Shown piece after piece: positions 7,569 to 17,168 of a DNA stretch of 64,000 nt (position 1 is the first letter of the stretch; each line of letters begins with the position of its first letter). The stretch spans positions 3,072 through 67,071 of the forward strand of contig CAWGKL010000006.1 of assembly GCA_963823205.1 (NCBI GenBank), written 5' to 3'. The stretch comes from Terriglobia bacterium. Lineage in GTDB: Bacteria > Acidobacteriota > Terriglobia > Acidiferrales > UBA7541. Both the position numbers and the translations under genes were made by a program. Under the pieces are notes generated by a model that worked only from the letters and a program-made list of their open reading frames with translations, was not told where the DNA came from and searched no databases.

Positions 7569-9398
7569 ATGAGAAAAGCCGGCTCGCTCTTATTCGCATC
7601 CTTCCTTGTTGCCGCGGCGTTCGCAGCCCTTCCCATAATCTCCCGGGCGCAGGACGATCCTCCGGGCCGTGTGGGGCGGCTGAATTACATGGAAGGCTCG
7701 GTTTCGTATCAGGTATCGGGCGACACGGACTGGGCGGACGCGGATCCCAATCGCCCGTTGACCACCGGCGACAATCTCTGGGCCGACAAAGATTCTCGAG
7801 GCGAAGTGCACATCGGAAGCGCGGCCATCCGCCTTTCCAGCGAGACGGGGCTTTCTTTCCTGAATCTCGACGACCGCACGGTCCAACTGGAACTTCCTCA
7901 AGGGACGATCGAAGTTCATCTGCGGAACCATGCAGCGGGCGAAGCGTTCGAAATTGACACGCCGAACCTGGCGTTCACGCTCACGCGCGCCGGCGAATAT
8001 CTCATCGAGGCCGATCCCAACGGGAGCTCCACCGTGATCGTGGTCCGCGAGGGCGAGGGTGAAGTCACAGGGGGCGGAGAATCCTACGACCTTGGGCCCG
8101 AACAACAATACATCTTCACCGGCACGGATCAGCTCACCTACGATCGAGGGCCGGCGCCCGCGTTCGATGATTTTGAAGACTGGTGCCAGGCGCGCGACCA
8201 AGCAGAGAACAATGCAGTCTCGGCGCAGTACGTTTCGCGCGACGTGGACGGCTACTACGACCTCGATGCCAATGGAGACTGGGAGGCCGACGCCGACTAT
8301 GGGGAGATGTGGTTTCCCACGGGAGTGGCAGTGGGCTGGGCGCCCTACTGCGTAGGCCACTGGGTTTGGATCGCTCCATGGGGCTGGACGTGGGTGGACG
8401 CGGAGCCCTGGGGCTTTGCGCCATTTCACTACGGGCGCTGGGCATTCGTGAGAGGCCGTTGGGGCTGGGTGCCGGGACCGATGGTGGTCCGGCCGGTGTA
8501 TGCGCCGGCGCTGGTTGGATTCCTGGGAGGAGGCCGGCCTGGGTTCGGATTTTCGGTGGAATTTGGACCCGGATTGGACGGGGTAGGATGGTTTCCGCTT
8601 GGGCCGCGTGACGTGTTCGTGCCCGGGTATCGCGCGAGCCCGCGTTACGTCCAGTACATAAACATCACGAATACGAGGCTGGTCAGGGTCAACGACGTGA
8701 CCGCGGTCTACAACAGCCATGCGAGCGAAAATTTCATGTACGCGCACGATGGCGCGGCTGTGACGGTGCTATCGAAGGAGGCGTTCGTGGGCGCACGCGC
8801 CGTGGATAGAGGAGCGGTGCATGTGACGGCGGAGCAAATCGAAGGAGCGCATGCGGTCGAATCGGGGCCGCTCGGGCCCACGCGCGAAAGTTATGTTTCG
8901 GCGTCCGCAAAGGTCTCGGAGGCAAAGCCCGCGACGCCGTTTTCGGAGCGCCCTGTGGTCGCGCGGCTGAATCCTCCGGCTCCGGTCAACCGCCAGACGC
9001 CGGAGTTTACGAATGACAGCCGGCCTTTCAATCACCCTGCTCCCGCTGCTGTTGCCGGCGCGGATGAGAATCATGCGCAGCCGGAGGCGGGAGCCAATAA
9101 TTCAGCGGCCGTCAGTAGCTCGGGAACCACGGCATCGCGGCCAGGCTTCCAGAATTTCCGCCCGCCATCGCGTGGAGAGAATGGCGCTGCGGCGGGCGGG
9201 AATGGCGCGTCCACCCAGGAGCGGTCCGACGTGAGATACGCTGCGCCCGTAAAGGCGCGAGAAGACATGTACGATGTTCACCCGCCCTTGAACCAAAAGC
9301 CAGCGGAGCCGGCGAAGTCGAATTCGCGGCCGCAAACGGAATCGCATTCGGAATCGCACGGGAGTTCCGGTTCGAGCGCGGGTTCGCGGAGTCATTAG
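7569..9398 (+). CDS. secreted FecR-domain / Trp-rich protein, paralogue 2
   Basis: The signal peptide is MRKAGSLLFASFLVAAAFAALPIISRAQD. The FecR-like part is GRLNYMEGSVSYQVSGDTDWADADPNRPLTTGDNLWADKDSRGEVHIG. The Trp-rich block is YGEMWFPTGVAVGWAPYCVGHWVWIAPWGWTWVDAEPWGFAPFHYGRWAF. Confidence 0.85.
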   Translation: MRKAGSLLFASFLVAAAFAALPIISRAQDDPPGRVGRLNYMEGSVSYQVSGDTDWADADPNRPLTTGDNLWADKDSRGEVHIGSAAIRLSSETGLSFLNLDDRTVQLELPQGTIEVHLRNHAAGEAFEIDTPNLAFTLTRAGEYLIEADPNGSSTVIVVREGEGEVTGGGESYDLGPEQQYIFTGTDQLTYDRGPAPAFDDFEDWCQARDQAENNAVSAQYVSRDVDGYYDLDANGDWEADADYGEMWFPTGVAVGWAPYCVGHWVWIAPWGWTWVDAEPWGFAPFHYGRWAFVRGRWGWVPGPMVVRPVYAPALVGFLGGGRPGFGFSVEFGPGLDGVGWFPLGPRDVFVPGYRASPRYVQYINITNTRLVRVNDVTAVYNSHASENFMYAHDGAAVTVLSKEAFVGARAVDRGAVHVTAEQIEGAHAVESGPLGPTRESYVSASAKVSEAKPATPFSERPVVARLNPPAPVNRQTPEFTNDSRPFNHPAPAAVAGADENHAQPEAGANNSAAVSSSGTTASRPGFQNFRPPSRGENGAAAGGNGASTQERSDVRYAAPVKAREDMYDVHPPLNQKPAEPAKSNSRPQTESHSESHGSSGSSAGSRSH

Positions 9399-9863
9399 TT
9401 CCACGAACCTCGAAATTCATCATCGGAAAGCTGAAGGAACCCTTATCGCCTGCCGCCGGAGGATGCCGAGCGTTCCGGCCTGAAGGATTGCCACTCGCGG
9501 ATCTGTTCGGAGACTTCAGCCTTCTCTTGCTCGGTTGTCGCATTATCCCACCGGCGCCGAAGCTCTTCGAGCCGGCCTTCCACAAATCCCACTCGCCCTG
9601 ATTTGCGTTCTGGTTTGTCGCGGTTGCCGTATCTCATGTTCCGATTGCTCCTCTTCGATTTGAAAACATCGTACCAACTGCGAAACCCGGCTGCACACTG
9701 GCGGGAGTGCCCTTCCCTTCTTCCGTCAGGGCAAGCCTTCGTCAGGGTGAACCTGTGCTGCCAAAACCCGGGCAGAATCGGCTCTTTCCGCAAGCTGTGA
9801 AGCCGTGCCCCCAATACGGGCCGTTTATGAAATCGCCCCTGCCCTATTGTACCCTGTTATGGC

Positions 9864-9900
9864 GCTCCGATGGCTTTCGGAGCCAAAGTTTCTCTTTTTT
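9864..9900 (+). terminator. orphan intrinsic terminator-like hairpin
   Basis: GCTCCGA-TGGCTT-TCGGAGC is followed by CAAAGTTTCTCTTTTTT. No convincing plus-strand gene lies upstream within 460 nt. Confidence 0.4.
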
Positions 9901-10061
9901 GTGCCTATCGCTTCCGAAATCGCCGATCCAGAGACTGCGTCTGGCGCGCGGGCGCATCTGATGATAGGTTGCGAAATGGGCTCCGTGAAGTCGCTGTCAT
10001 TGGCCCAACCGAGCCGAGATTCACGGGGCGCGCAGCCCGAAAAAACAGCGGAGGTCCAGGC

Positions 10062-10835
10062 TTGCAGAACGACGAGGTGGTAGATTTCAAAACGAATCTG
10101 TTGAGCAAAGTCCCGCAGGCCACCCTGGCGTTCTGGGTGGTCAAGATTCTCGCCACCACGGTCGGCGAGACGGGCGGCGACGCGCTCTCCATGACTCTGA
10201 ATCTCGGTTACGCCGTAAGCAGCCTGATACTTCTCCTCTTCTTCTGCGTGACGCTTACGGCGCAGATGGCGTCGAAGCGATATCATCCGGTCTTCTACTG
10301 GTCCGTAGTGGTGGCAACGACGACCGTGGGTACAACGACCTCCGACTATTTGGATCGAACGGCCGGTCTCGGTTACGTGAAATCAACGGCCATGCTCTTC
10401 TGCACGGTGATCGCCGTGCTGATCGTCTGGCGCTTCACGGCGGGCCATATCGCAGTGGACTGCGTCACCACGCGGACGGACGAAATCTTCTATTGGGTGA
10501 CGATTTTGGTTTCCAACACGCTCGGCACCGCGCTGGGCGATTTTACGGCCACCACGGCGGGCCTTGGATTCGAGCGCGGAGCATTGGTATTCGCGAGCCT
10601 GATTGCACTCGTGGGCGCGGCGCGATTGTTCACGAAGATCCCGGGCAGCGTCCTTTTCTGGGCAGCCTACGTTCTCACGCGGCCGCTCGGCGCGACGCTC
10701 GGCGATACCCTCACGAAACCGCATGACCAGGGAGGGCTGGCGCTCGGCCGGATCACCTCTTCGCTCGCAATCGCGGCTGTCATGGTCGTTGTGGTTGCCC
10801 TCATGTCGCGACGCAAGCGCATCCCGTGCGTTTGA
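10062..10835 (+). CDS. polytopic membrane protein of unknown function (COG4705-like)
   Basis: TTG start 6 nt after GGAGG. Translation ...DFKTNLLSKVPQATLAFWVVKILATTVGETGGDALS... has repeated TT.GT..(S/G)D(Y/F) segments and 6-7 predicted TM helices. Confidence 0.7.
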   Translation: MQNDEVVDFKTNLLSKVPQATLAFWVVKILATTVGETGGDALSMTLNLGYAVSSLILLLFFCVTLTAQMASKRYHPVFYWSVVVATTTVGTTTSDYLDRTAGLGYVKSTAMLFCTVIAVLIVWRFTAGHIAVDCVTTRTDEIFYWVTILVSNTLGTALGDFTATTAGLGFERGALVFASLIALVGAARLFTKIPGSVLFWAAYVLTRPLGATLGDTLTKPHDQGGLALGRITSSLAIAAVMVVVVALMSRRKRIPCV

Positions 10836-10880
10836 GGTTTCGCGCCAAACGGATATCCTGCCGACCCCTCGGCGGGGCGT

Positions 10881-10909
10881 TTGCGCGGCGTGGGCGTCAG
10901 ACGTATAAT
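10881..10909 (+). promoter_or_regulatory. sigma70-like promoter TTGCGC-N17-TATAAT immediately upstream of uvrA
   Basis: TTGCGC is at 10881-10886 and TATAAT at 10904-10909. The first in-frame ATG (10913) is only 3 nt after the -10, and the second ATG is at 10925. Confidence 0.4.
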
Positions 10910-10912
10910 CAT

Positions 10913-13900
10913 ATGTTTAAGCTGATGACGATAAAACCCACTGATGCGCCTGCTTCGCGACGTCCTGCTCGTGGGCGGGGTGTGCCGGCGCCCGAGGCCC
11001 TCGAACAGGGCGCGCATAGCCCAGAGGCGGCTGAGCCGGACAATCTGTCTCCTGCGCCCTCGCCGGGCGGCGGAGCGCCTGCGGCGGTGGCTACGGACGA
11101 CGCGGAGGCGATTCGCGTCCGGGGAGCGCGCGTCCACAACCTGAAAAACATCAATTTCACGATCCCGCACAACGCCATCACGGTGGTGACGGGGGTATCG
11201 GGGTCGGGCAAATCGAGCCTGGCGTTCGACACGATTTACGCCGAGGGCCAGAGGCGCTACATCGAATCGCTTTCGGCCTACGCGCGGCAGTTTCTCGAGC
11301 GCATCGAAAAGCCGGACGTGGACGAAATCACGGGAATCGCCCCGGCCATCTCCATCCGGCAGAGAAATTCGACGCGCAATCCGCGCTCCACCGTGGCGAC
11401 CGCCACGGAAATTTATGATTATCTTCGGCTGCTCTACGCGCGCGTGGGCCGGACGCTGTGCCTCGCGTGTGGCGAGGAGGTGCGCAAAGACACGTCCGAC
11501 GAGATTGCCGCGCGGGTGATGGCGCTTCCGGCGGGCCGGCGATTTTACGTGCTCTACGAATTGAAGATGGACGCCGGAGGAGCGGCGGCGCGTCCTGATT
11601 TAACCCACCGCCATGCGCAGGTTGCGCACGTGGGGCGGCCTCGAAAGGTGCCGCGCATCAGCGACGCGGATCTGGTCCGCGAAGCGCTGGTGAGCCTGCG
11701 CAAGCGCGGGTTCAATCGGCTGTGGCAGGCGGGGCGCGTATTCGAGTTTTCGGCGCCTGAGGAATTGCTGGAAATAGACTTCACGAAGCCGGTGTACGTC
11801 CTGGTGGACCGGCTGGAGCTTTTTCCTGAAATGCGCTCGCGGCTCATGGACTCGATCGAGATCTGCTACCGCGAAGGCCGGGGCGAAGCGATTTTGGAGT
11901 TCGTGGGGGAGACCACGGATAGCGCGGGCGAAAGGCTGGTGTTCAACGAGCGGTTCGAGTGCAAGAAATGCGGGGCGCAATATCAGGAGCCCGAGCCGCG
12001 GCTTTTCTCGTTCAACAATCCCTATGGTGCGTGCCCGCGGTGCCAGGGATTCGGCAACACCACCGATTTCGGCATTGACCGCGTGATTCCGGACGCGGGA
12101 AAAACGCTGGCGGAGGGAGCGATCGAGCCGTGGACGAAGCCGCGCTACCGTCCGCTGATGATGGAGATGCGCAAATACGCGCGGGCGAAAGGCATTCCGG
12201 TGGATGTGCCCTTCCGGGAGCTGACCGCGGCGCAGCGCAAAGCAATTCTCGATGGCGATCCCGGGGAAGATTATGCGGGCGTGAAGGGATTCTTCGAATG
12301 GCTGGAGCGGAAGAAATATAAATTGCAAGTGCGCGTATTTTTGAGCCGCTATCGCGGGTACGCCACCTGTCCCGAATGCAAAGGGACGAGGCTGCGCGCG
12401 GAGGCGCGCGCGGTGAAAATCGAGGGGCGGTCCATCACGGAAGTGTGCCAGATGACGGTGAAGGAAGCGCGGCCTTTTTTTGCCGGGCTGAAATTGAGCG
12501 CGGCGCAGGCCGTGATTGCTGAAAAAGTGCTCGAGGAAATTCAGCAGAGGCTGCGGTTTCTCGACGAGGTGGGGCTCGATTATCTGGCGCTCGACCGGCT
12601 CACGTCCACGCTTTCCGGGGGAGAGGCGCAGCGCATCCAACTGGCCACGTCGCTGGGATCGCGGCTGGCGGGGGCGCTCTACGTCCTGGACGAGCCCTCC
12701 ATCGGGCTGCATCCGCGGGACACGCACCGGCTGATTGAAATCTTGAAGGGGCTTCGCGATCTGGGGAACACGCTGTTGGTGGTGGAGCACGACCCGGATA
12801 CGATTCTGGCGGCCGATCATATCCTCGATCTGGGGCCCGGGGCGGGCGAGTATGGCGGGAATTTGATTTTCGAAGGCACGCGCGAGGAGTTGCTGGCGGA
12901 CGCCCGGTCGGCGACGGGGAAATACCTTCGCGGCGAAGCGCGCATCGCCCTGCCCGCGGAGCGGCGCAGGCCCAAGGCCGGTTTCCTGAAAATTTTGGGA
13001 GCCCGCAGCCACAACTTGCGGGGCGCGGACATCACCATCCCGCTCGGAATGTTGGTGGCCATCACGGGAGTATCCGGCTCGGGGAAGTCCACGCTGGTCC
13101 ACGATGTGCTCTACAAGGGAATCGAGGCGAAACGCGCGGGCGGAAATTGGCGGGAGCGCATGAGCGCGATAGAAGGAGACGCCAAGGTCGCGGCCATCGA
13201 GATGGTGGACCAATCGCCCATTGGGCGGACGCCGCGGTCGAATCCCGCGACGTACATGAAGGCCTGGGACCCCATTCGGGATGTTTTCGCGGCCACGGCC
13301 GGAGCGAAAAAGCGCGGTCTGGGGCCGGGAAAATTTTCGTTCAACGTGCCGGGCGGGCGCTGCGAGGCGTGCGAGGGCGATGGAACGGTGACCGTGGAAA
13401 TGAGGTTCCTGGCGGACGTGGAGCTGGTGTGCGAAGAGTGCCGCGGGACGCGCTACAAGTCGAGCGTGCTGGAAGTGACGTACAAAGGGCAAAATATCCA
13501 CGAGGTGTTGCAGATGACGGTGCGCGAGGCGCTCGGATTCTTCGCCGAGCACCACAGGGTGACGTCGCGGCTGCGCGTGCTCGAAGAAGTGGGACTCGGA
13601 TACCTCCGCCTGGGGCAATCGGCCACCACACTTTCCGGAGGCGAGGCGCAACGCTTGAAACTGGCCGCGCATCTTACGCGGCAGGAAAACACCGGGATAC
13701 TCTATGTCTTCGACGAGCCCACCACGGGCCTGCACTTCGACGACATACAAAAGCTGCTGATCGCGTTCCGGAAGCTGATCGAAGGTGGAGCTTCGGTGCT
13801 GATCATCGAACACAATCTGGACGTAATCAAATGCGCCGATTGGGTGATTGACCTGGGGCCCGAAGGCGGCGACGCGGGCGGGCGCGTGGTGGCCGCGGGA

Positions 13901-14047
13901 ACTCCCGAGCAGGTGGCGCGGAATGCGCAGTCGCACACGGGAAAATATCTGGCGCGCGCTCTCGATCCGCGGAACGGCGGGAACCATGGCGGCCATTCGT
14001 CGAAGGCGCGAGCGAACGGGCCGGCGGGCGGCCGCTCGAAAGCATGA
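10913..14047 (+). CDS. uvrA: excinuclease ABC subunit A
   Basis: IRVRGARVHNLKNINFTIPHNAITVVTGVSGSGKSSLAFDTIYAEGQRRYIESLSAYARQFL, a second Walker A (GVSGSGKSTLV) and two LSGGE signature motifs are present. There is a low-complexity N-terminal extension. An alternative start is at 10925. Confidence 0.95.
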   Translation: MFKLMTIKPTDAPASRRPARGRGVPAPEALEQGAHSPEAAEPDNLSPAPSPGGGAPAAVATDDAEAIRVRGARVHNLKNINFTIPHNAITVVTGVSGSGKSSLAFDTIYAEGQRRYIESLSAYARQFLERIEKPDVDEITGIAPAISIRQRNSTRNPRSTVATATEIYDYLRLLYARVGRTLCLACGEEVRKDTSDEIAARVMALPAGRRFYVLYELKMDAGGAAARPDLTHRHAQVAHVGRPRKVPRISDADLVREALVSLRKRGFNRLWQAGRVFEFSAPEELLEIDFTKPVYVLVDRLELFPEMRSRLMDSIEICYREGRGEAILEFVGETTDSAGERLVFNERFECKKCGAQYQEPEPRLFSFNNPYGACPRCQGFGNTTDFGIDRVIPDAGKTLAEGAIEPWTKPRYRPLMMEMRKYARAKGIPVDVPFRELTAAQRKAILDGDPGEDYAGVKGFFEWLERKKYKLQVRVFLSRYRGYATCPECKGTRLRAEARAVKIEGRSITEVCQMTVKEARPFFAGLKLSAAQAVIAEKVLEEIQQRLRFLDEVGLDYLALDRLTSTLSGGEAQRIQLATSLGSRLAGALYVLDEPSIGLHPRDTHRLIEILKGLRDLGNTLLVVEHDPDTILAADHILDLGPGAGEYGGNLIFEGTREELLADARSATGKYLRGEARIALPAERRRPKAGFLKILGARSHNLRGADITIPLGMLVAITGVSGSGKSTLVHDVLYKGIEAKRAGGNWRERMSAIEGDAKVAAIEMVDQSPIGRTPRSNPATYMKAWDPIRDVFAATAGAKKRGLGPGKFSFNVPGGRCEACEGDGTVTVEMRFLADVELVCEECRGTRYKSSVLEVTYKGQNIHEVLQMTVREALGFFAEHHRVTSRLRVLEEVGLGYLRLGQSATTLSGGEAQRLKLAAHLTRQENTGILYVFDEPTTGLHFDDIQKLLIAFRKLIEGGASVLIIEHNLDVIKCADWVIDLGPEGGDAGGRVVAAGTPEQVARNAQSHTGKYLARALDPRNGGNHGGHSSKARANGPAGGRSKA

Positions 14048-15367
14048 AAGTTTTTCCGAAAGCGATGGCCTGGTGCGCGCTGTGCGCGGTGCTGGGCGGG
14101 TTTGCGGCGCGCGCCTCGGCGCAGGTGCCGGAGAAAAAGCGCATCCCCGGCGACCCCGCCGCCGAAGCGTTGAACGAACTTCTCGCGGCGGCGCAGGAGG
14201 CGGTCGGGCAGGGGGATTTCGAAGCCGCGGCCAAGGATTATCAGGATTACCTGGCCAAGAAGCCGGACGACGCCACCGTCCACTACGATTTGGGCTACAT
14301 ATACACGGCCATGCAGGACTCCGATGACGCCAAGAGCGAATACGAAAAGGCCATCTCCCTCGATCCGCGCATGGCAGAGGCCTACCAGAACCTGGGCCTG
14401 ACGCTGCTCGGGTCCGATCCGGCGGCGGCGATCGCGCCGCTCCAGAAAGCGGCGGAATTGATGCCCACGGACGCGCGGACGAAATGGCTGCTGGGCATCG
14501 CCCTCGAAGGCGCGGGAAAAACCACGGAGGCGCTCGCGCAGTACGAGGCCGCCGCGAAACTCGACGACAAGGATCCGGACATCCGCAACTCGCTGGGATT
14601 CGCGCTGCTCAAAACGGGTCGCACCGATGACGCCGCCACGGCGTTCCAGCAGGCGCTCGATCTGCATCCCGCGGGCGCGACGGAGGCCCAAGCGCACAGG
14701 GGATTGGCGCAGACGCTGATCGCTCAGAAAAAGCTGGAGGCGGGCGCGGCGGAGCTGGAAATTTATCTCCAAGCGGAGCCGGACGACGCCGGGGCGCGCG
14801 TCGAGCGCGCTTCCGCGCTGCTCGACCTGGGCAAGGACGACGACGCGCTCGCGGAGCTCGACCGCGCCGCGGCCATCGAGCCGGAAGGCATGCACGCCCT
14901 CAAGATGCGTTCGCAGATTTACTATGAGAAGAAGCGTTACGCTGAGGCCGTGCCCGTCCTGCAGAAGGCCGCGGCGATGGACGCGAAGGATCCGGACATT
15001 CCGGCGCGGCTGGGGCGCGTCTACCTGGAGGAAAAGGACTACCCCGACGCCGTGACCACGCTGACCACGGCGCTGCGCATGGATCCCCAGGCGACCGACG
15101 CCCTCGAGCTCGCTGGCCGTGGCGGAATATATGAGCAAAAACTATGCCGCGGCGCTCGCGGATCTCGATCAGCTGGCCGCGCGCGAAACGCTCCCGCCGG
15201 GAAACTGGTTTATTCGCGCCACCTGCTACGATAGGCTGGGAGACGCGCGCAACGCGTTGGAAAATTATCGGAAGTTTCTGGAGTTGAACAAGGACCAGAC
15301 GAGCGACATGTACTTCGGCGCCATGGAGCGCGTGCGAACCCTCGAACACGAGGTGGGGAAAAAGTAG
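14044..15367 (+). CDS. secreted TPR-repeat protein (1 frame disruption near 15105-15115)
   Basis: Its ATG overlaps the uvrA stop (ATGA). The signal peptide is MKVFPKAMAWCALCAVLGGFAARASAQ. Multiple TPR-like units are present (A..Y...L...P.D). ORF 15119..15367 continues the TPR pattern in another frame. Confidence 0.8.
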
Positions 15368-15377
15368 AGGTGAGGCA

Positions 15378-15875
15378 TTGTCCAGGATGCTGCGTATCGC
15401 AGGGCCTCTTCTGGCGCTGGCGCTTTTCTCCGGCCCGGCCTTCGCCCAGAACCGCGCCGGGGAGTTGCGCGCCCGTTGGGAGCAGGAATCGGACGCCGTC
15501 CGCAAGGCCAAAATCATGGCCCAGCTCGGCGACGCTGAATTTCAGGATATCGGCCGGGAAGCCGCGGCGGGAGACACGCCCGCGGCCCTCGCCGGCTTTC
15601 GGCGGTATCGCGACGAGGCGCAGCGGAGCCTCAAGGAACTGGATGCCCGGTCCGTGGACGCCGAGAAACATCCCGCGGGGTTCAAGCAGTTGCAGATTTC
15701 GGTGCGGGAATCGCTGCGGCGAATCAACGACCTGATCGCCGGCCTTGCAGCCGACGGGCAGCAGCCGTTTCTCGACGTGCGCAAGGACCTCGAGGACATG
15801 GATCGCCACCTGGTCCACGAGCTTTTCCCGCGCCAGCCGGTGGACGACGCGCCACCGGGAAAGGTCAATGAATAG
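15378..15875 (+). CDS. secreted alpha-helical hypothetical protein
   Basis: Signal peptide MSRMLRIAGPLLALALFSGPAFAQ. Same strand as uvrA and tightly spaced. Confidence 0.65.
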   Translation: MSRMLRIAGPLLALALFSGPAFAQNRAGELRARWEQESDAVRKAKIMAQLGDAEFQDIGREAAAGDTPAALAGFRRYRDEAQRSLKELDARSVDAEKHPAGFKQLQISVRESLRRINDLIAGLAADGQQPFLDVRKDLEDMDRHLVHELFPRQPVDDAPPGKVNE

Positions 15876-15881
15876 TCCGCC

Positions 15882-16427
15882 ATGCCGCACCGCCTGATGG
15901 CCGCCCAAATTCTAGCCTACGTGCTCGCCGCGCTTCTGCTGCCGGGATACGCCCCGGCGCGCTCTCCCCTGCCCGCGCAGGGGCACAAGGATTACCTGAC
16001 GGACGCGGAGGCGGATAAGATCCGCGACGCCGTGACGTCGGCGGAGCGCATCAAGCTCTATCTATCCTTCGCGGAGGACCGGCTGAAAAAATTCGAGTAT
16101 GAGCTCGCCCGCACCGTCCCCGATGACCGCCGGGATGAACTGCTCAATGGCCTGTTGAACGCGTATGCGGGAAGCGTGGACGACGGAGCCGACCAGATCG
16201 AAGTGGCGCAGGAAAAACAACAGGACATTCATCGAAGCCTGAAGCTGATGGTCGCGAAGGACGCTGAATTTCTCGCCGCGCTCGAAAAGTACGACGCGGG
16301 CGGCCCGGACCTCGACATGTACAAGGACACACTCGACGACGCCATCGAAGGAACCAAGGACGCCATCACCGACGCGCAAGACGCGCTCAAAATCATGCCG
16401 CCCGCGCCGGTGCGGAGAAAACAATGA
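15882..16427 (+). CDS. secreted alpha-helical hypothetical protein
   Basis: Signal-like N-terminus MPHRLMAAQILAYVLAALLLPGYAPA. It starts 7 nt after the previous stop, and its stop overlaps the next start. Confidence 0.65.
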   Translation: MPHRLMAAQILAYVLAALLLPGYAPARSPLPAQGHKDYLTDAEADKIRDAVTSAERIKLYLSFAEDRLKKFEYELARTVPDDRRDELLNGLLNAYAGSVDDGADQIEVAQEKQQDIHRSLKLMVAKDAEFLAALEKYDAGGPDLDMYKDTLDDAIEGTKDAITDAQDALKIMPPAPVRRKQ

Positions 16428-17146
16428 AGCGGTCGCAAGCCCGCGCGCGCGGCGTCCCCGGAGGCGACCGGATTTTCGAGCGCGTCTACACGCGGCTGGG
16501 ATGTCCGGGTCGGGCGCCGCGCTTCGAGGTCCAATATCATCCCTACGCCGATCTGACGCACACCATCCGCCTGCGCGAAGATACGGCGCGCGTTCGGCTT
16601 TCGGACGTGCTGCGGCGTGCGCCGCGCGAGGTGGTGGAAGCGGCGGCGGCGATTCTGCTGGGGCGGTTATATCGCAGGAGGCCGCCGGCGCGGATGGTCG
16701 AAACCTACCGCCAATTCACGTATGCGCGCCGGACGCGCCGGCAATTGTTGTTCCTGCGGCAGCGCCGGGCGCGCCGGGCGGAACATCGCCCCTCCGGGGC
16801 GCATCATGACCTGGGGCCGCTCTTTGACCGGCTGAACCGCAGCTATTTCGAAAACCGGCTGGCGCGGCCGCGCCTAGGCTGGAGCGCGCGAGCCTGGCGA
16901 ACGCAGCTGGGCTGCTTCGACCCGGCGCTCGGTCAAATTGTGATCAACCGTGGCCTCGACCGCGGCAACGTCCCCGAATATGTCGTCGCGTATATTTTGT
17001 TCCACGAGATGCTGCACCAGAAGCATCCCATGCGCTTCGAGCGCTGCCGCCGGGAATCGCATTCCGCCGAATTCCGCCGGGAAGAAAAGCGCTTCGCCGA
17101 TTATCCCCGCGCGATGAAGTTCCTCCAGCGGTTTCCGGCGGCCTAA
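16424..17146 (+). CDS. SprT-like zinc metalloprotease-domain protein
   Basis: LFDRLNRSYFENRLARPRLGWSARAWRTQLGCFDPALGQIVINRGLD...YILFHEMLHQKHP contains an HExxH motif, followed by HSAEFRREEKRF. The start overlaps the preceding stop (ATGA). Confidence 0.75.
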   Translation: MKRSQARARGVPGGDRIFERVYTRLGCPGRAPRFEVQYHPYADLTHTIRLREDTARVRLSDVLRRAPREVVEAAAAILLGRLYRRRPPARMVETYRQFTYARRTRRQLLFLRQRRARRAEHRPSGAHHDLGPLFDRLNRSYFENRLARPRLGWSARAWRTQLGCFDPALGQIVINRGLDRGNVPEYVVAYILFHEMLHQKHPMRFERCRRESHSAEFRREEKRFADYPRAMKFLQRFPAA

Positions 17147-17168
17147 ACGCGCTCGCGAAGGCCAGTCG

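Noticed and set aside
9443-9814. Remnant of a REP-associated (IS200/Y1-type) transposase, based on GFWQHRF and RYGNRDKPERKSG in ORF 9443..9814
   Set aside because: The resemblance rests on one 6-aa motif and a loose second match, with an unexplained ~25-aa insertion. The N-terminal HUH part is absent. This is too weak to annotate.
11600-13996. 798-aa ORF on the minus strand, and similar long ORFs at 17684..19702, 41420..43735, 13702..15138, 3293..4465, 48091..49398, 49784..50998 and 21099..22457
   Set aside because: All lie antisense to genes with unmistakable homology (uvrA, uvrC, mutS/anmK, TPR, permease, ino1, glnA, sdhA). Their translations are Arg/Ala/Gly/Pro-rich low-complexity strings, typical of stop-poor antisense frames in high-G+C DNA.
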